Positions 1 to 14,619 of a stretch of 64,000 bases of DNA are shown in pieces (position 1 is the first letter of the stretch; the number at the start of each line of letters is the position of its first letter). The position numbers and the translations under genes were made by a program. Under the pieces are notes generated by a model. It was not told where the DNA came from. It worked only from the letters and a program-made list of their open reading frames with translations, and did no database searches. Source of the stretch: Octopus bimaculoides (lineage: Eukaryota); the NCBI RefSeq assembly GCF_001194135.2, contig NC_068985.1, positions 21,044,835 to 21,108,834 on the forward strand. Reading direction: 5' to 3'.

Positions 1-1009
1 AACTCGAGGTAGAAAGAGTGGCAAGTGTATATTAAAGAATATAGTTTTCAAAGATATTCTTTTCTAAGACTTCACTTCCAGTACTACCTAAGAGGACTTT
101 ACACCATCTCAGAAAACAAATACAGTTTCAAAAGAATTTATATATTCAGTTGTTCTCTATAAAATTCTTCTAGTTTTTAAAATAATTGTAGAATTTCCAT
201 GAGTACTGCTAGTTCATAATAATCTACCTGTGAATATTGACATATTGTATATGACTGATGTTTAAACATTATATATTTGTAAGTAATGTGCATATGCATT
301 GTATTACCTTGTTGTATGTGATTAGTTTCCTGAAATTTGATATTCTCAGTATTAAACTCTATTTAATGCTAGCTGTGAGATGTATTATATGTAATACAAA
401 ATATAGCCATGCAGATCTATCAGTTTAAGTTGATATAATAGGATCTGAAACAACAATAGAAGAAAAGAAGAAGCCACAATGTAAGAAAAATGACAAGAAA
501 TGATCTCAAATGGAGGAAGGTTTCCATTTCAGGAAACTTGCTTTCTTTTGGCTACAATGAAAATGATTAATGGCAAAGTAAGGAACATAATTCGACAAAT
601 TAAAACTGTTGTAATTGCTACAAAGTGCTATATTTCTGTTCTTGCCACAGGTTACATGCATCTAACATCATCATTATCATAGCATCTAATAGAATCACAT
701 TACCTGAACAATGTCTGTTGACAAAAACTCAAACTTACTAAAGTGATGATTGCCAGAGTGAGAGAATGATTTCCAATAATTGAGTTGACTGTGATTTAGA
801 ACAGAATTGAAACCATTACTCTTGATATATTAGAAGCGAGAAGAACAATGTAAATCTAAGCTAAATTGAATCAGCTATAATGGTCAGAAATATTAACTAA
901 AGGTTGTCTATAGGGAATATATGAAACTTAGTTAATAAATCTGACTCTCATAAATGTGGCAGAACAAATCTATTGGTGAAGATGATAGCTAGAACTATAC
1001 ACAATGGGG

Positions 1010-1010
<1 letters not shown>

Positions 1011-1052
<42 letters not shown>
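1011..1052. repeat. (TAA)n microsatellite
   Basis: Direct reading. Confidence 0.95.
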
Positions 1053-1055
<3 letters not shown>

Positions 1056-1480
1056 CTATTTCTAATTCTGGTTTAAGGCCACAAATTGAAGGAGCAAATG
1101 TAATCGATTGTAATCAAACCCAGAACTTGATCACAGAAGGGTAAAAAGCAAAGTTAACTTCACCAGGATTTGAAACTGAAGGGACATAACTAAACACCAT
1201 AAATCATTTAGCCCGGTACTCAACTACTTAGCGGTACCACTGCTTTTGTGACCTTTATCATCATAACAACAAAAAAAAGTCACTTCTTATAATTATATCT
1301 ATTAAAATAACTGGACAAAAGGAGAATTGCTTTGAAATTACTTTTCTAATTTTCATCATCTAAAGATACTTTCGGCTGACGAATAAGTGATGGATCAAAG
1401 TAGATATTCAGTCTTTGTTGGAAACCAAAATATGAATCTTTAGAAGAACCAGTAATTGCTGTACTTCTTTTGTAAATGTA

Positions 1481-1886
1481 ACTCTTTACTCTCTCTTTTA
1501 CTCGTTTCAGTCATTTGACTGTGGCCATGCTGGAGCACTGCCTTTAGTCGAGCAAATCGATCCCAGGACTTATTCTTTGGATGCCTAGTACTTATTCTAT
1601 CGGTCTCTTTTGCCGAACCACTAAGTTATGGGGACATAAACACACCAGCATCGGTTGTCAAGTGATGTTGGGGGGACAAACACAGACACACAAACATATA
1701 CATACACATACATATATATACATATATACAACAGGCTTCTTTCAGTTTCCATCTACCAAATCCACTCACAAGACTTTGGTCGGCCCGAGGCTATAGTAGA
1801 AGACATTTGCCCAAGGTGCCACACAGTGGGAATGAACTCGGAACCATGTGGTTGGTAAGCAAGCTACTTACCACACAGCCACTCCT
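1481..1886 (-). mobile_element. tRNA-derived SINE family A, full length
   Basis: Matches 39067, 50435 and 60974 copies. Possible 7-bp TSD taaatgt. Confidence 0.9.
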
Positions 1887-2824
1887 AAATGTTAGAATTT
1901 CTAAAAAGATTACTACAGATAATTAGTCTTGTCATGAGTTTTGTGGAAAAAAAAAACAACAAAAAAAAAAAGAATCTGTTTGTGGTATGGTAATAGTCTT
2001 TTGTATTATTTCAGTGTTGATGTTATAAGAAAAACTAATAAACTTCTTTTTATAACTTTTGCCAACATCTGTAGGGCCTGTGTCAGTCAAAGTTGATTAG
2101 TCATCTGCACACAAATGTTCAGGAATAGATCCTGTTAAACAGTCAAACTCATGCCAGCATGGAAAGCAGATGCTAAACAATGATGATGGTGGTGACTGGC
2201 AGTTGCACATGCCTGCAAGTCTCTCTTCTTCATTGCTACTGACATTTATCCAGGCTAAAAGTCATTGACTTTGGCCAAAACAGTTTGGCACCAGTGTTGT
2301 CACAGATGTTTCTGTCAAAAAACAAAGAGCTGGAATAGATACCACAAATGAATCTTGTCTGACCTTCTAACAAGAAATACAAGCTATACAACCTCTAACA
2401 GGGACTCCACAGAAAAATTTTAGCAAGATTAATCTATCATGCTTCAACTCGTAGCATCATATACTATACAATACACTCAGCATAGAAAATATTATATACA
2501 TACATGAGATAAAAATCTTATAACATCTCGATTTTCAATTTCACGTAGAATACTAAGGAAAATAAAGTACATGACTAACTGTATACACAGTAAGCATTCA
2601 GAAAATTTAGTCAAAATAAGAAAAGTGTCACTGAACTGTCAATTAATATACATAAGTTCCATTGCAACCTATACCAATCCTAAACTCACTTCCACTAATC
2701 TACTACTTTACAAAACAACACACTCAGCACTGTCATGAGATTCATATATATATTCTGCCCAAAGACCAAATACTCAGTGAACACACATACATTAAAGTAA
2801 CTTCTTATATATACATACAAATAC

Positions 2825-2879
<55 letters not shown>

Positions 2880-3137
2880 NNNNNNNNNNNNNNNNNNNNN
2901 NNNNNNNNNNNNNNNNNNNNNNNNNNNNNNNNNNNNNNNNNNNNNNNNNNNNNNNNNNNNNNNNNNNNNNNNNNNNNNNNNNNNNNNNNNNNNNNNNNNN
3001 NNNNNNNNNNNNNNNNNNNNNNNNNNNNNNNNNNNNNNNNNNNNNNNNNNNNNNNNNNNNNNNNNNNNNNNNNNNNNNNNNNNNNNNNNNNNNNNNNNNN
3101 NNNNNNNNNNATATATATATATATATATATATATACC

Positions 3138-4195
3138 AAAGTCTTGGTAAGTAGGAAAGCAGACAAATCACAAATCCCTTCAGGTAGATGGCCCTACTCG
3201 ATATGTAGAAAAGGGCATAGGTAGAAACCCTATAAAATGTATCAGGTGTAAGCTGTGAGCACATAAGAGGGGCAGCAATATCAGATGAAGGTTAACAGGG
3301 AAAATAATCTTTGTGTGTGGCAGATGCACAGGTACAATAAAAACTAGAAATATACAGAAAATAGTCTCCATCAAATGCCAGGGAGGATACCTAGAAGTAG
3401 TTGATAGCCTTAATTATCTAGGTGACCAAGTCAGCAGTGGAAGTAGATGTTCCAAGAGCATAGCTGCTAGAATAAGAATTGGCTGGACAAAGTTCAGAGA
3501 GTTTCTATCTTTGTTAATAACAAAGGGTCTCTCCCTCAGAGTGAAAGGCAGATTGCATGATGCCTGTGTAGGTACAGCTATGCCACACAACAGTGAAATA
3601 TGAACTGTGACTGTAAAGGACATGTGAAGACTTGAAAGAAATGAAGCTAGTATGTTCTGCTGGGTGTGCAATGTCAGAGTGCATGTACAACAGAGTGTAA
3701 GTGCCTTGAGAGAAAAATTGAGCATAAGAGGCATCAGATGTGGTGTGCAAGAGAGGTGACTGTACTGGCATGGTCATGTGATGCATATGGATGAAGACAG
3801 CTGCATAAAGTGCTGTTCTCTAACAGTGAAGAGAATCTGTGGAAGAGGTAGACCCAGGAAGACAAGGGTGGTGGTGCTGAAGCATGGTCTTTGAATGTTG
3901 GGCTTCACAGAGGTGCCAACTAGTGACTGAGACTTTTGGCTATATGCTGTGCTTGAAAAGACTCATTAAGCAAAATGAAATTGCAGTCATGGCCAATGCC
4001 AGTGACACATAACAGCACCTATGCCAGTGACATGTAAAAGGCACCTGCTACACTCCTTGGAGTGGTTGGCATTAGGAAGGGCATTCAGCCATAGAAACCA
4101 AGCCAAAATCAGACTGGAACCCAGTGCAGCTTACTAGTTCCAGTCAAATTGTCTAACCCATGCCAGCATGGAAAGCAGATATTAAATGACAACGA
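3138..4195 (+). mobile_element. RTE-clade LINE, 5'-truncated and degraded
   Basis: Interrupted frame SGRWP..ICRKG.GRN.IKC..C, LEVVDSLNYLGD, RIRIGWTKFRE, LYWHGHVM, GRPRKT. The 3' tail ends in gatattaaatgac(gat)n-like sequence. Confidence 0.85.
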
Positions 4196-5979
4196 TAGCA
4201 TGTTGGCAAAACATTTTGAACTTGAATATTTCCCAAGTAAATTATCAGTTTGTCTACGACCATGCTATAGATTTGCTCACACAGGATTTACTTTAGCTAT
4301 TTAGTAACAGAGGTGAATAGCAATGTCAGGTCTAAGATCTAATACTTTGTGAGATATTTTTTATAATATTTCATTTCTCACCAACATTCATAGACAGAGA
4401 TGATATTGGAATACTTATTAAAAAATTTTTACCCTCTTCTAATTGAATTTAATGTCACTTTGATTCACATTAACAAGAAAAAATAAACTTAAAAATAACA
4501 TTGGGATTAAAAAGGAAATTTTTTAAAAATATAAACTGTTTTCAGTTTCTTGATTCTATAAATGATCCACATTGCTAAAGCACTCTCAGTAGATGTCTTT
4601 TATTGATTATTTTGTAGAGTATTGGAAAATTGAATATCTCATGTTTAGTAAGGTTCACATAAACAATATTTAGTTTGTTTCAGAGAAAGGTTTACACAAA
4701 CTTCTTAAACATCTACAAGTTGGAAATAAATAAATCAATGAAAGGAGAATGTTTTGTTTACTCTACTAGCTATAGCTTGCTTCTTCATTCATTTTCCTTG
4801 TTATAATTCTGCTGATTATACACAACCTTTGCTCTATTATTAAAATGAAGTGATTGAAGTGTTTGAAACTTCTGAATAACTATTTTTTGTCATAGCTCAG
4901 TCTGTAATGGAGACTGTGTCCATGGTATTCACAGACCCTCCAAGACTGATAAAAATCAACACTGTTTATGTTTAGCTTCAACATCTGGAAATTGATATCT
5001 TGTAGAAAAAGAGTAGGTAGAAAGTTTAATTCTAGATTGTGGACTCAAAAAAGATACAAATGTTTTGTCTTGGCTAAGCTTGCCTTAGATGAAGGTGATA
5101 TAGAGTTATCTAGAGTTATCTGGTTCAGAGCAACAAAGGTTATTGTATTAGTAATAACATAAACTGAGAGAAGGGGCAATATGTACATGGACCAGAAGTT
5201 ACAGTATGTTGGTTTTACTTGTCAGTCAGATTGTTTTCTTTTGAATGTGGTTTGGGATGTTCGTAACTCAGGATGTTTCTTTTGGATATGGTCTAGCAGT
5301 ACTCTATTGTGCGGCTTCTATGAACTTTGCAGAGTCAACAATTGATCAGAGTTAAAGTATTTTCTTGCTTAAATAGAAGAATTAAACTTTAGAATGTAGT
5401 TTTAGCTAAGCTATGCATAAATATGGATCACCATGCAGAAATATTACTTTTTGTTGAACTTCTCAGTAATGAGGAACCACTGATGAATAACATAGGAAAG
5501 CAGGTGACTTTCAGTATTATATCAATAACACACATTCAAATACATGGCATTACTGCTATGTTTTGAAATATGATCAATATTCATGGCATAAGAGACACTG
5601 GGTTGATTATTCTGGTAATATCACTAGCATTTTACCAACTTTATATAAAGTAAGTATGTACCAGTTGATCTTGGTGTAATTTATACTAAGGTACCAAACT
5701 AGATATCTAAAGTGTAAAGTCTATAAAACATGAAGATTTCAATCCTTGCTAATTCGTTGTTCTATATTATTTGTTACAGTTAACACTCTCTAGTATATAA
5801 CTATCCTTCATGTTTAAATTTGAATATGAATTTGTTCATCTGCAATCTTTCTATTCTATCTTCATCTTTATCTTTGCTAATAGGAAAATCAGTTTAAAAT
5901 ATATTTTGCTGTGTTCAAAGGGATATGTCTTATTCTATTTGCTCCAATTTATGTCATTGACATTCAAAAGTTTGCCTTG

Positions 5980-7150
5980 GATATCAAGAGGAATCAGTTT
6001 AATTTTTCCATCAGGAAAGGTTTGGTGTTTTCAACTATACTTGGCTATGAAATCCAAGATTTCAACCAGCAATATGAAAATGTTTGAGTGCCATAAATAT
6101 AGAAAAGGTTTCATTCAATTTTGAAGTGATTCTGCTATTAGCAAAGATTTGGGAATGTGAGGCTGCTCTCTGAATATAAATTGGGAATGTTGTTTTCTTT
6201 TTCATAAACAAGCAGGAAAACACTCTTATTTCACTTAACACTCTTCAATCCTCTCTATTTCAATAAACAGCAGTACTGCTTCCATAGAGCCAGAGCTATT
6301 GGGAAATTGATTTCTCACTACATTGTATCAATTTTGGTGTTCCTCAAGATTTGGTTCTATTTTCCACATTCTTCCTTCTTGTACATAATTAACTCTGTTG
6401 CTTACTCCCCTGCAGAAGATACTACCCTTTATTTCTTGATAAACTTTCTAAAACATTTTATCCACATAGCATATGTCCCACTTCTATGAATACTAACATT
6501 GATGGGCCAACAAGAGAGTTTCTGCATGGTCACTCGAATTGCAAGAAACAACAGTGAAATCTTTCTGATATTACACCCTGCTATCTTAAAAAAGAAAACA
6601 TTGTATATTATAATCCTATATACTTTGTGTCTGTAAAAAGAGATAATGATTTGGATGGTCATTCCTGGAATGTCTTTGATCATACAGACATAACAGCTAA
6701 GTATCATTTAACAGTGTCAGTCACAAATATTAATTCCTCCAACTTGTACTGATTTCCCATTAACAACACAAACTTCACAGCTTAGCATCGCAGTCTCTGA
6801 AGACCTTTCAAACTGGACCTCAACGGTTAAGATTCTTCTTCAGGTACTGAAGATGCTTCAGCTTTGAGCAGTTGCTGACTGTCTTCAAAGTACAACTGCA
6901 GTTCCTGTTGTTACAAAGGCATCTCCTACTGTTTATCACAAAAGTTTCTACTTCATTAGTTCACTAGTCATATCAGTCTCTCAGCATCTTTATTTTGTTT
7001 TGGCATCCTGAAACCCCATACTCAAAATTTCCATTAACCTTTTTCTCTTTAAACCCCCTTTTTTTTTTAGCCCATGCTTTCAGCTGTACATCAGCTCTGG
7101 TTCAGCAGACCCAATGCTCAAAGGTATTCCAGCCATAACTATAGGCAATC
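5980..7150 (+). mobile_element. Highly degraded CR1/L2-type LINE RT fragment
   Basis: Remnants of LDISKAFD, GVPQ.S.L (FGVPQDLVL) and ADDT (AEDTTL), plus LG/TEDL-like motifs. Confidence 0.6.
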
Positions 7151-8378
7151 TGGATAAGCTTACATCTAAGACTACATTCCCCAATGTTTCCTTTCCCAAG
7201 ACAGTAGGGTATGATTTCAAGGTGTGTTGGCTACTGTTTCTATCAGGTTGTTACACAATATAGAGGCTCTGTTAGCTCATCCTAGTCCATGTTTTCCCTC
7301 CAGATAAGGTTGAGCATCAATTACATTGACCTCACCAAACTTAGAGGATCTGCAAAGGTCATAGACATTACTTCTTTTCCGAGTCACAAATTTTAAAGAA
7401 GTATATTCAATTTAATCAACTCCAATATTTGACTGGTACTATATTATTATATATGGAAAGATGAAAGGCAATGTTTACTTTGGATTTGAATTTAGAATAT
7501 AAAAAACATAAGCTATATTTTGCATGACATTTTGCCTGGAATTTTCAATTCTATAAAACCATCAAAACTAAATAACAATGAAAATACAAGGAAATTAATA
7601 TTCTGTGTTTGCAAAATCATTATTTTCTCATAGTTTAACTTTAACATCATTTATTTATTACTATTAAAAATGTCAAAAGTCAAGTACATTGGCGTTCTTA
7701 AATGTTACTTTTAGATTTCTAGATTTAAATATAATTTTTATATATTTATTCTTTAGAGAAACTCATTTGTAAATCTACTGTTAAACTTGCCAGTTTATAG
7801 GAGATTAATCTCAGGAAATTATGTCAATAGAATTTTATTTATGATGCTTCCTGGAACTTTGGAAATTTATCTAATAAAATCAATAACATATGAAGAAATA
7901 GTGCACTCATTGCCTGTTCAGTTCTTCCATTTCTAAATCCAACTTTATTGACTGCAGTTATGTTATTTTGCTTCATTCTTCACTGCTCATGAGTTTCTAC
8001 AGGATGAGGGAGAATATTTCTGAACGCTATGTATTTTAAAGAAAAAGATGAATAAATTTATTCTTCTTACTGGTTATCGCTTTTCTCTGTTATTTAACTT
8101 CAATAGTTTTTGAAAAGACTGTTTTCACCTTACTTAACAAATCTCTACTAAACATTGTATTATAAGAATTATATCGTGCAGTATTTCTTAAATTATGCAC
8201 TGCATAAAAAGAGTACATAGTTGAAATGAAAGGGAATTTAACAACTAGTTGAGAGGTCAGGAGTTTGTATTCTATAACCATCACCATTCTTCTCCCTGGT
8301 TAAGTCCACTTTTTCTTTTTAATTGATTTGGTTTGGTCTATAGGAAGGAGCTGTACTTATGGCATAAAGCCAAAGAGA

Positions 8379-8601
8379 TTAACCTTTTTGATACCAACAT
8401 CCCTGAAACTGCTATTAGTTCTTTGATACAAATTCCATTTTAAAGTGATCTAATTACAAGCATCGATAAAAATTTCATGTTAATTTTATGTTCCAAATGC
8501 CAGATTAATAATGACAGTTATTTCAATAAATTCATTATTTTCAAAATTAAATGAAACAAAAGCAGTGCGTTTCAACAGAAATATGATATCAAAAGGGTTA
8601 A
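8379..8601. mobile_element. piggyBac-like MITE
   Basis: TTAAcctttt...aaaagggTTAA termini. Second copy at 54585-54763. Confidence 0.65.
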
Positions 8602-8699
8602 TGCCTTTAACATTATGTTTGAACTGTTGCAAGGTAACAGCTGCAAGTAAAACATTATACAAGGAAAGAATTGATATTCAAAGAAGAAAGACCTGAGCA

Positions 8700-9314
8700 T
8701 AGTGCTTTGTGTAGGGTCTAATGCATGGTGGAAATATGGGTGGTGACATGAAGAGAGGTGTAGGAATAGTGAGTGCCTAAATGGCAACTGACACAAGATC
8801 TGCCAGCTCTGAAAATCATATACCACTGTAATTGTGATTAAAAAAAAAAAGGTAAAGTTAAGAGACAGCATATGACTTGACCAGTGTTTGGAGTATTCTT
8901 GTAGGGAAATAGTTTTGTACCATTAGTCAAGTAGACTTTTCTTTCAATCTATAGCAACAGCACTGTTCCAGATGTAGAAGCAGTACTCATTTTAGATCTT
9001 AAATGAGCCTTTAGAAAAGATAAGCAACTATTATATGCTGAAATATTTTCTGACTCTGAAGTAAAAGGCCAGTCTTTGAGTTTTAGCCTTTCATCTGTTG
9101 AGGATGTGATTTTGTAAAGAGATTCTTCAGTGATGATAAAGGCTGACATGTTTCCAAAGATAAGGATATGTTCCTAGAGACAGATAGAGATTGAACAGCT
9201 TGGTGTTAATAGGGACTAGTTCCAGGGCTCATTGTATATAGATAATGGAAGGGACTTTGTCAGTGTTAGTTCTCTTATAAGTTCAAAATGATCAATGCTA
9301 CTTTCACTCTTAGC

Positions 9315-9390
<76 letters not shown>

Positions 9391-10440
9391 TGAGCCTGGT
9401 GTGAAAGAAAGGGACAACTTTGGAAGAGATATACTGTGTGAAATTGGATGCAAAATGGACAACAAATATAGAAGTTTTCTCTTCTGGTGTATTATTCACA
9501 GAAGCATCATGTTTGGGAAGTGGAGTAAAAGTTGATTCCACTGGAACCAAATGGATCAACTGAAGTTAGAAAGACATGAGAGCTTGATGTGTGATTTACA
9601 GAGGTATCTTTCTTGGTTTAAATGATGATCTTCCTTGAGTTATAAAGCTGATTAAGAGCCAGCTACTTCTCAACATATTGTAGGCCATGCAATTTTTGTC
9701 ATCCTGAACTGCACCAGCACAGCTATGAGTAAATCATGTTAGGGACATGGACTGTAAGCTTTAGTTGTGTTCAGGAGTGGAGTGACATAACTAAGGGATG
9801 CTTTCAGTCACTTACCTATCTTTTCTGATGGGTCCCCATGAAACATGATGCCAGAGGTAGCATAGAACTGGTGAAGCTCCACTCAGTCAACTGACTTGAA
9901 GCACTGCATGTCCTGAGTAGTGGGTGGTGTTGTGTTGCATGTGGTGGTGAGGTGAGTAACACAAAGTAGTGATTGGACAACTGATACATGTAAAGATGGG
10001 ATTGTTGAAGTTGAAGTCAGCTTTGGAGGTGAGACTGAAGTCAAGGATGTTTGGATGTGTATAAGGGATGAAACTAATTGTTATATAAAAAGCTGAGGAT
10101 TGTAAAAAAAATTGATTGTGAACGTCTGTGGAAATTCAGAAGAGTATTGAGCATTGATGACTGAGGACTATGACTTTGGATAGGGTTGGCATAAAACAGA
10201 TGTCCTCAATTGGTAGTGTTTTAGAAACAGATGTATTTTAAGGAATGAGAAGAGAGGCTTCAAGCCTTTGCAACTGGAAGTCTTTTTAAATGCTGATATC
10301 CAAGCAAGACAGATGAGTGTAGGAGTGTACAATCTACATAAGCCCAGTCACCACTTTCTGGAGTGAAGTTTGAGCCTGGGCAATAGAGATGTACTAACAA
10401 TAAAAGTCAAGAGGTTTAGTGTACTGGAGAGGAGTAACTC
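8700..10440 (-). mobile_element. Highly degraded CR1/L2-type LINE (EN, linker, RT start), interrupted by (GT)n
   Basis: Minus-strand remnants ..FASN.. linker and AVAID.K..D.W motif. Confidence 0.5.
9317..9388. repeat. (GT)n microsatellite
   Basis: Direct reading. Similar tracts at 27722-27790, 28738-28801 and 51088-51152. Confidence 0.95.
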
Positions 10441-10656
10441 AAAATAGATAATACAGGTTTACATAATTCCCTATATGCGTGTGTGTGCATGTGTGTGTGT
10501 CACTCGGCATTTATAAAGTAAACTACCCTCACACAAAGTCATATCGTAAATTAGTACATTAACAAGACATAAATACTATTAAAATCATTCAGAACTCGAG
10601 TAGAACTACAAAGGAATTTCCTCAGAAAATGACAACAAAGAAGAAAATGGAAGAAT

Positions 10657-10871
10657 CTTTTCTACTCTAGGTACAAGGCCCGAAATTTTCAGGGAAGGGG
10701 AGCAGTTGATTAAATCAACTCCAGTACATAAATGGTACTTAATTTATCGACCCCAAAAGGATGAAAGGCAAAGTCGAGCTCAGCAGAATTTGAACTCAGA
10801 ACGTAAAGACAGATAAAATACCACTGAGCATTTCACCTGGCATGCTAACGTTTCCATCAGCTCACCACCTT
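10657..10871 (-). mobile_element. SINE family D with 15-bp TSD
   Basis: Core gactttgcctttcatccttttggggtcgataaattaagtacc. Flanks agaaaatggaagaat (10642-10656) and agaaaatggaggaat (10872-10886). Confidence 0.85.
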
Positions 10872-10953
10872 AGAAAATGGAGGAATGAAAACACACGGTA
10901 TACAACAGCAATATCTTCATGGTACCAGTATGACACCATTTAAATGCTATATA

Positions 10954-10998
<45 letters not shown>

Positions 10999-11106
10999 TA
11001 ATTATTAGTCCCAGAAGCAGTGTTAAAACCAAAAGGTAATCTTTATATCCAATTTAATATGGATGCCTTCTTAGAACATCAAATACTCCATTATTATCCT
11101 TCAGCC

Positions 11107-11236
11107 GATCCTCTCATATAGGCGCTTGTTGCTGAAATCACATGATATAGGAATTCCAGCACCCAAAACAAATGAATTTCGGTTGCTACAATCTATGTGT
11201 GTGCTTTTATGGACCAAGTGCCTATATGAGAGGGTC
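11107..11236. mobile_element. 130-bp element bounded by 22-bp inverted repeats (MITE-like or hairpin)
   Basis: gatcctctcatataggcgcttg versus caagtgcctatatgagagggtc, 20/22 complementary. Confidence 0.5.
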
Positions 11237-11855
11237 TGTCAAGGCTAATAACACAATGTGTGTGTATATGTGTGGGTACATATGACTCATGCCAGCATTG
11301 AAAAGTTGGTGCTAAAATAACGATGACATATATGTGTTAGTGTGTCTACATATCAGCAACAGCAGCAGCATTGTTTTAACTTCTACTGTTCTATGTTTGC
11401 ATTGGTGTGATGAGAGTAGATTGAAATAAAGTTTTCTACAGTGAGATGTTTCCTCCAGTCTCTCAAACAACAAACAGCCTAGACATAGTTGTGTGGTCAA
11501 CTAGAAGCATTCAACACTATTTGAATGAGTTTTTTTCACCCAATACATCACGAATTCTGGATATGCTTTTACTGAACTGCAAGCAAATGACACCATCAGT
11601 TGAGTGACTGTTTACAACCATCAAATATACACGGAATTATGAACTCAGTCTCTCTCTCTCTCTCTTTCTTTCTCTTTCTCTCTCTCTCTCTCTCTAATAC
11701 CCAGAACCTTCTGCTTGTTACCGTCAACCAAGTTCATTTACAAGGCTTTGATCAGTTTGGGGTAATTGTAGAAAACACTTGGAACTGAATCTAAAGCTAC
11801 ATGCTTGAGAAGCAAACTTCTTATCTATGTAGTCATGCCTCCACCTATGTATATA

Positions 11856-12153
11856 TATTTTTTATTTATGCACCCTTTTAAAGCCTAGCGAGGCTCATGG
11901 GCCCGATTTGTATGGCGTCTGTGTTCCCTTCCAGCTGGACGGGACACCAGTCCATCTTAGTGTTACTCAAGAAATAATGAGAGAAAGTTGGAGTGAAAGA
12001 GTACAACAAGGGTCGCCACCGCCCCCTGCCGGAGCCTCGTGGAGCTTTAGTTGTTTTCACTCAATAAACACACACAACTCTCGGTCTGGGAATCGAAACC
12101 GCGATCCTCCAACCGCAAGCCCGCTGCCCTAACCACTGGGCCATTGCTCCTCC
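11856..12153 (-). mobile_element. tRNA-derived SINE family C
   Basis: Minus strand reads ggaggagcaatggcccagtggttaggg...ggtttcgattccc (A and B boxes), A-rich tail. Confidence 0.85.
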
Positions 12154-12918
12154 ACGTATGCATATATATATATGAACATATATAAAGTCACACAAAGGAC
12201 AATTGAAAATAATATATTCACATATAGTCATGTTCAACACTTGAATATGTGAGGACTGTTCACTGCAAAAGCCCCAAGAAATTTTCATTGTAGACAGCAT
12301 GCATGGAAACATTGGGTTGTGAATGAATGATGTTATTCATAACCCGATGTATTTTCATGCGTGTTTTCGAATGACTGAATTTACTCAGACATGTTAAGTA
12401 AAACTTTATATAAATATATGTGGTGGTGGGGTGAGTGTGTGTTTGTGTTTCCTTGTCTTGATATCATTCAGTTATAAAATTGAAGATCACTATCATACAT
12501 GCAGTATCCTTCATTTCCAATCATCTGTGAAAACATGTGTGACCATGGAGAAACATTGACTTCATTAGAAACAGGTGAGTATTAGCTGCAGGAAAGGAAT
12601 CTGGTCATAGAAAACGTGTTTCAATGGATTCTGTCTGCAGGTTCAGTTCAAGCATGTGACACCTTAGGCAAGTGTCTTCTATAACTCCAGGACAATGAAA
12701 GCCTTGTAAGTGGATTTAGTAGACAAAAAGTGAAAGAAGCTTGTTGCCTGTATGTTTTTCTCCTTGAACAACCCAGGCCAGCATGGAAAACGAACGTTAA
12801 ACAATGATGAGGATGATAATGATGAACTGATATCAGGCGATAGTTGTTAAAAAATGTCATTGCCATGCAAGTAATATCATTCATTTCCAATCATCAATGC
12901 AGACATATCCAGTAAGTA

Positions 12919-12987
<69 letters not shown>

Positions 12988-14619
12988 ATGAAGGAAAGTG
13001 TGGTATACAGTGCTTAGGTGCACTACAACTAAAAAATATATATATGTATATACATAAGTGTACAATATTATATATCCATTACAGCTGATCTGACACTTCG
13101 ATTAATACACCCACTCAACTGACAAATATACGAGTGCATATTTTTTCTCACTTGTGGATTCTTAGATGGCTAAACACGCACACATACACATATGAATATA
13201 TAAAACGTTGCTTGCAAACAGGTGACGGTTGGTGACAGGAAGGGCTGTAGAAAATCTGCCACAACAAATTCTGTTTAACCCATGCAAGCATGGAAATATG
13301 GACAGTAAAACAACGATTATCATTATTATCATCCATTTGTGTGTGGGCACAAATATTTCAGAGCTGTATTTGTCTGACAAATAATTTGATCAGAGACCAT
13401 ATGTTGAAACTAAAGTAATTACTAATTACAATGTGTAAAACAAATATTAGCCATTCAAAAACTGTTAACTTCATTAACCTCACCTAATCATTTATTATCT
13501 GATGCCAAAATTTTTCGTGCACTATCTGCAACCTGTTTATTGACTCAACTCCACTGCAGCTGTTCTGAGATGAAACTGATGGCCACTATGTATAGGCTTC
13601 AGGATTTTAAATATAATTCGTTTCTCATCTACATAGGCCAGTCATTTTCTGGTGCTCATAGCAAGTCAGAAAATTTTTGCCTTTGGTTGAAATTCATGTA
13701 CTCTCTCTTTCTTTCTCTCAGTGGGGTCACTTTTGGCATTGAACTGTACAAAAGAATCAGAAATTAATGACTCCAAAGAAGTGGATCTATCAGTCCAAGA
13801 CAATAGAAAGAAAGATTGGCACAAGTTGTATAAGGGGCTGAGAGTGGTGATAGTAGTAACAGCAGCAGTAAAAGTGTTCAATGCCAAAAATACTCCCACA
13901 CAGAGAATGTATGAAGAGGATACATAAATTTTAATCAAAAGCCAAATTTTCTCATCCACTATGAGCACCAAACAATGACTGACATATGAGTATGAAAGAA
14001 TTGTTTAAAACTTTGAATCCTATATATTACTGGCCAACAGCCACATCTCAGAACCGTTGTAGTAACACTGTGTTAGTTAACAGGTCATGTATAGTGCAGC
14101 AATAATTTTGATACAAAATAATAAATGATTTGATAATAGTTTTTGTGTGATTTTCAATGACATATGTGTCTTCCACACTGTATAATTGCCATATAAAAGT
14201 ATGTATTTATATATCATCATCGTTTTAGAATGCCCTTTTCTATGCTTTCCTAGTTCACACAAAATTCACTGAAGCAGATTTTCTATGGTTGGATGCTCTT
14301 CCTGTCACCATCATACACCTGTTTCCAAGCAACATAATTGCTTGGAAATTACTGAGGATCAGTTAATTATTTGGAAACATGAAATATTCAAGACAGATAA
14401 CATGATAAATTCATCATATATGGTACTTAATTAGGTGAGCTTCTATCCCAATATTACCTGCTTTTTCCAGCACTTCTGTGTCAGGTGTAAAAGATTTCCA
14501 CTTAATGTTTAATACATACCTAAGACACATCTCTAAGGTGTGCATTAAATATTCATTCTCTTAAATATTTTCATGTTATCAAAAAGAGGTCTGTATCTCA
14601 GATAAAACTAGTAGTGATG

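Noticed and set aside
4896-4924. Small exon candidates at 4896-4924 (QSVMETVSM) and 442-480 (SETTIEEKKKPQ)
   Set aside because: One splice site is weak in each, and there is no homology or phase partner to anchor them.
5476-5515. Plus-strand CTGATGA...GAAAGC
   Set aside because: No stem I or stem II complementarity.
5980-10440. Idea that the two opposite-strand CR1/L2 fragments are one element broken by an inversion
   Set aside because: Both fragments appear to contain the same LDISKAFD-region remnant, so they are more likely separate copies.
13075-13125. Possible very decayed hammerhead (CAGTTGAG...GATCAGCTGTA on the minus strand)
   Set aside because: Several core mismatches. Suggestive of the same family but not supportable by eye.
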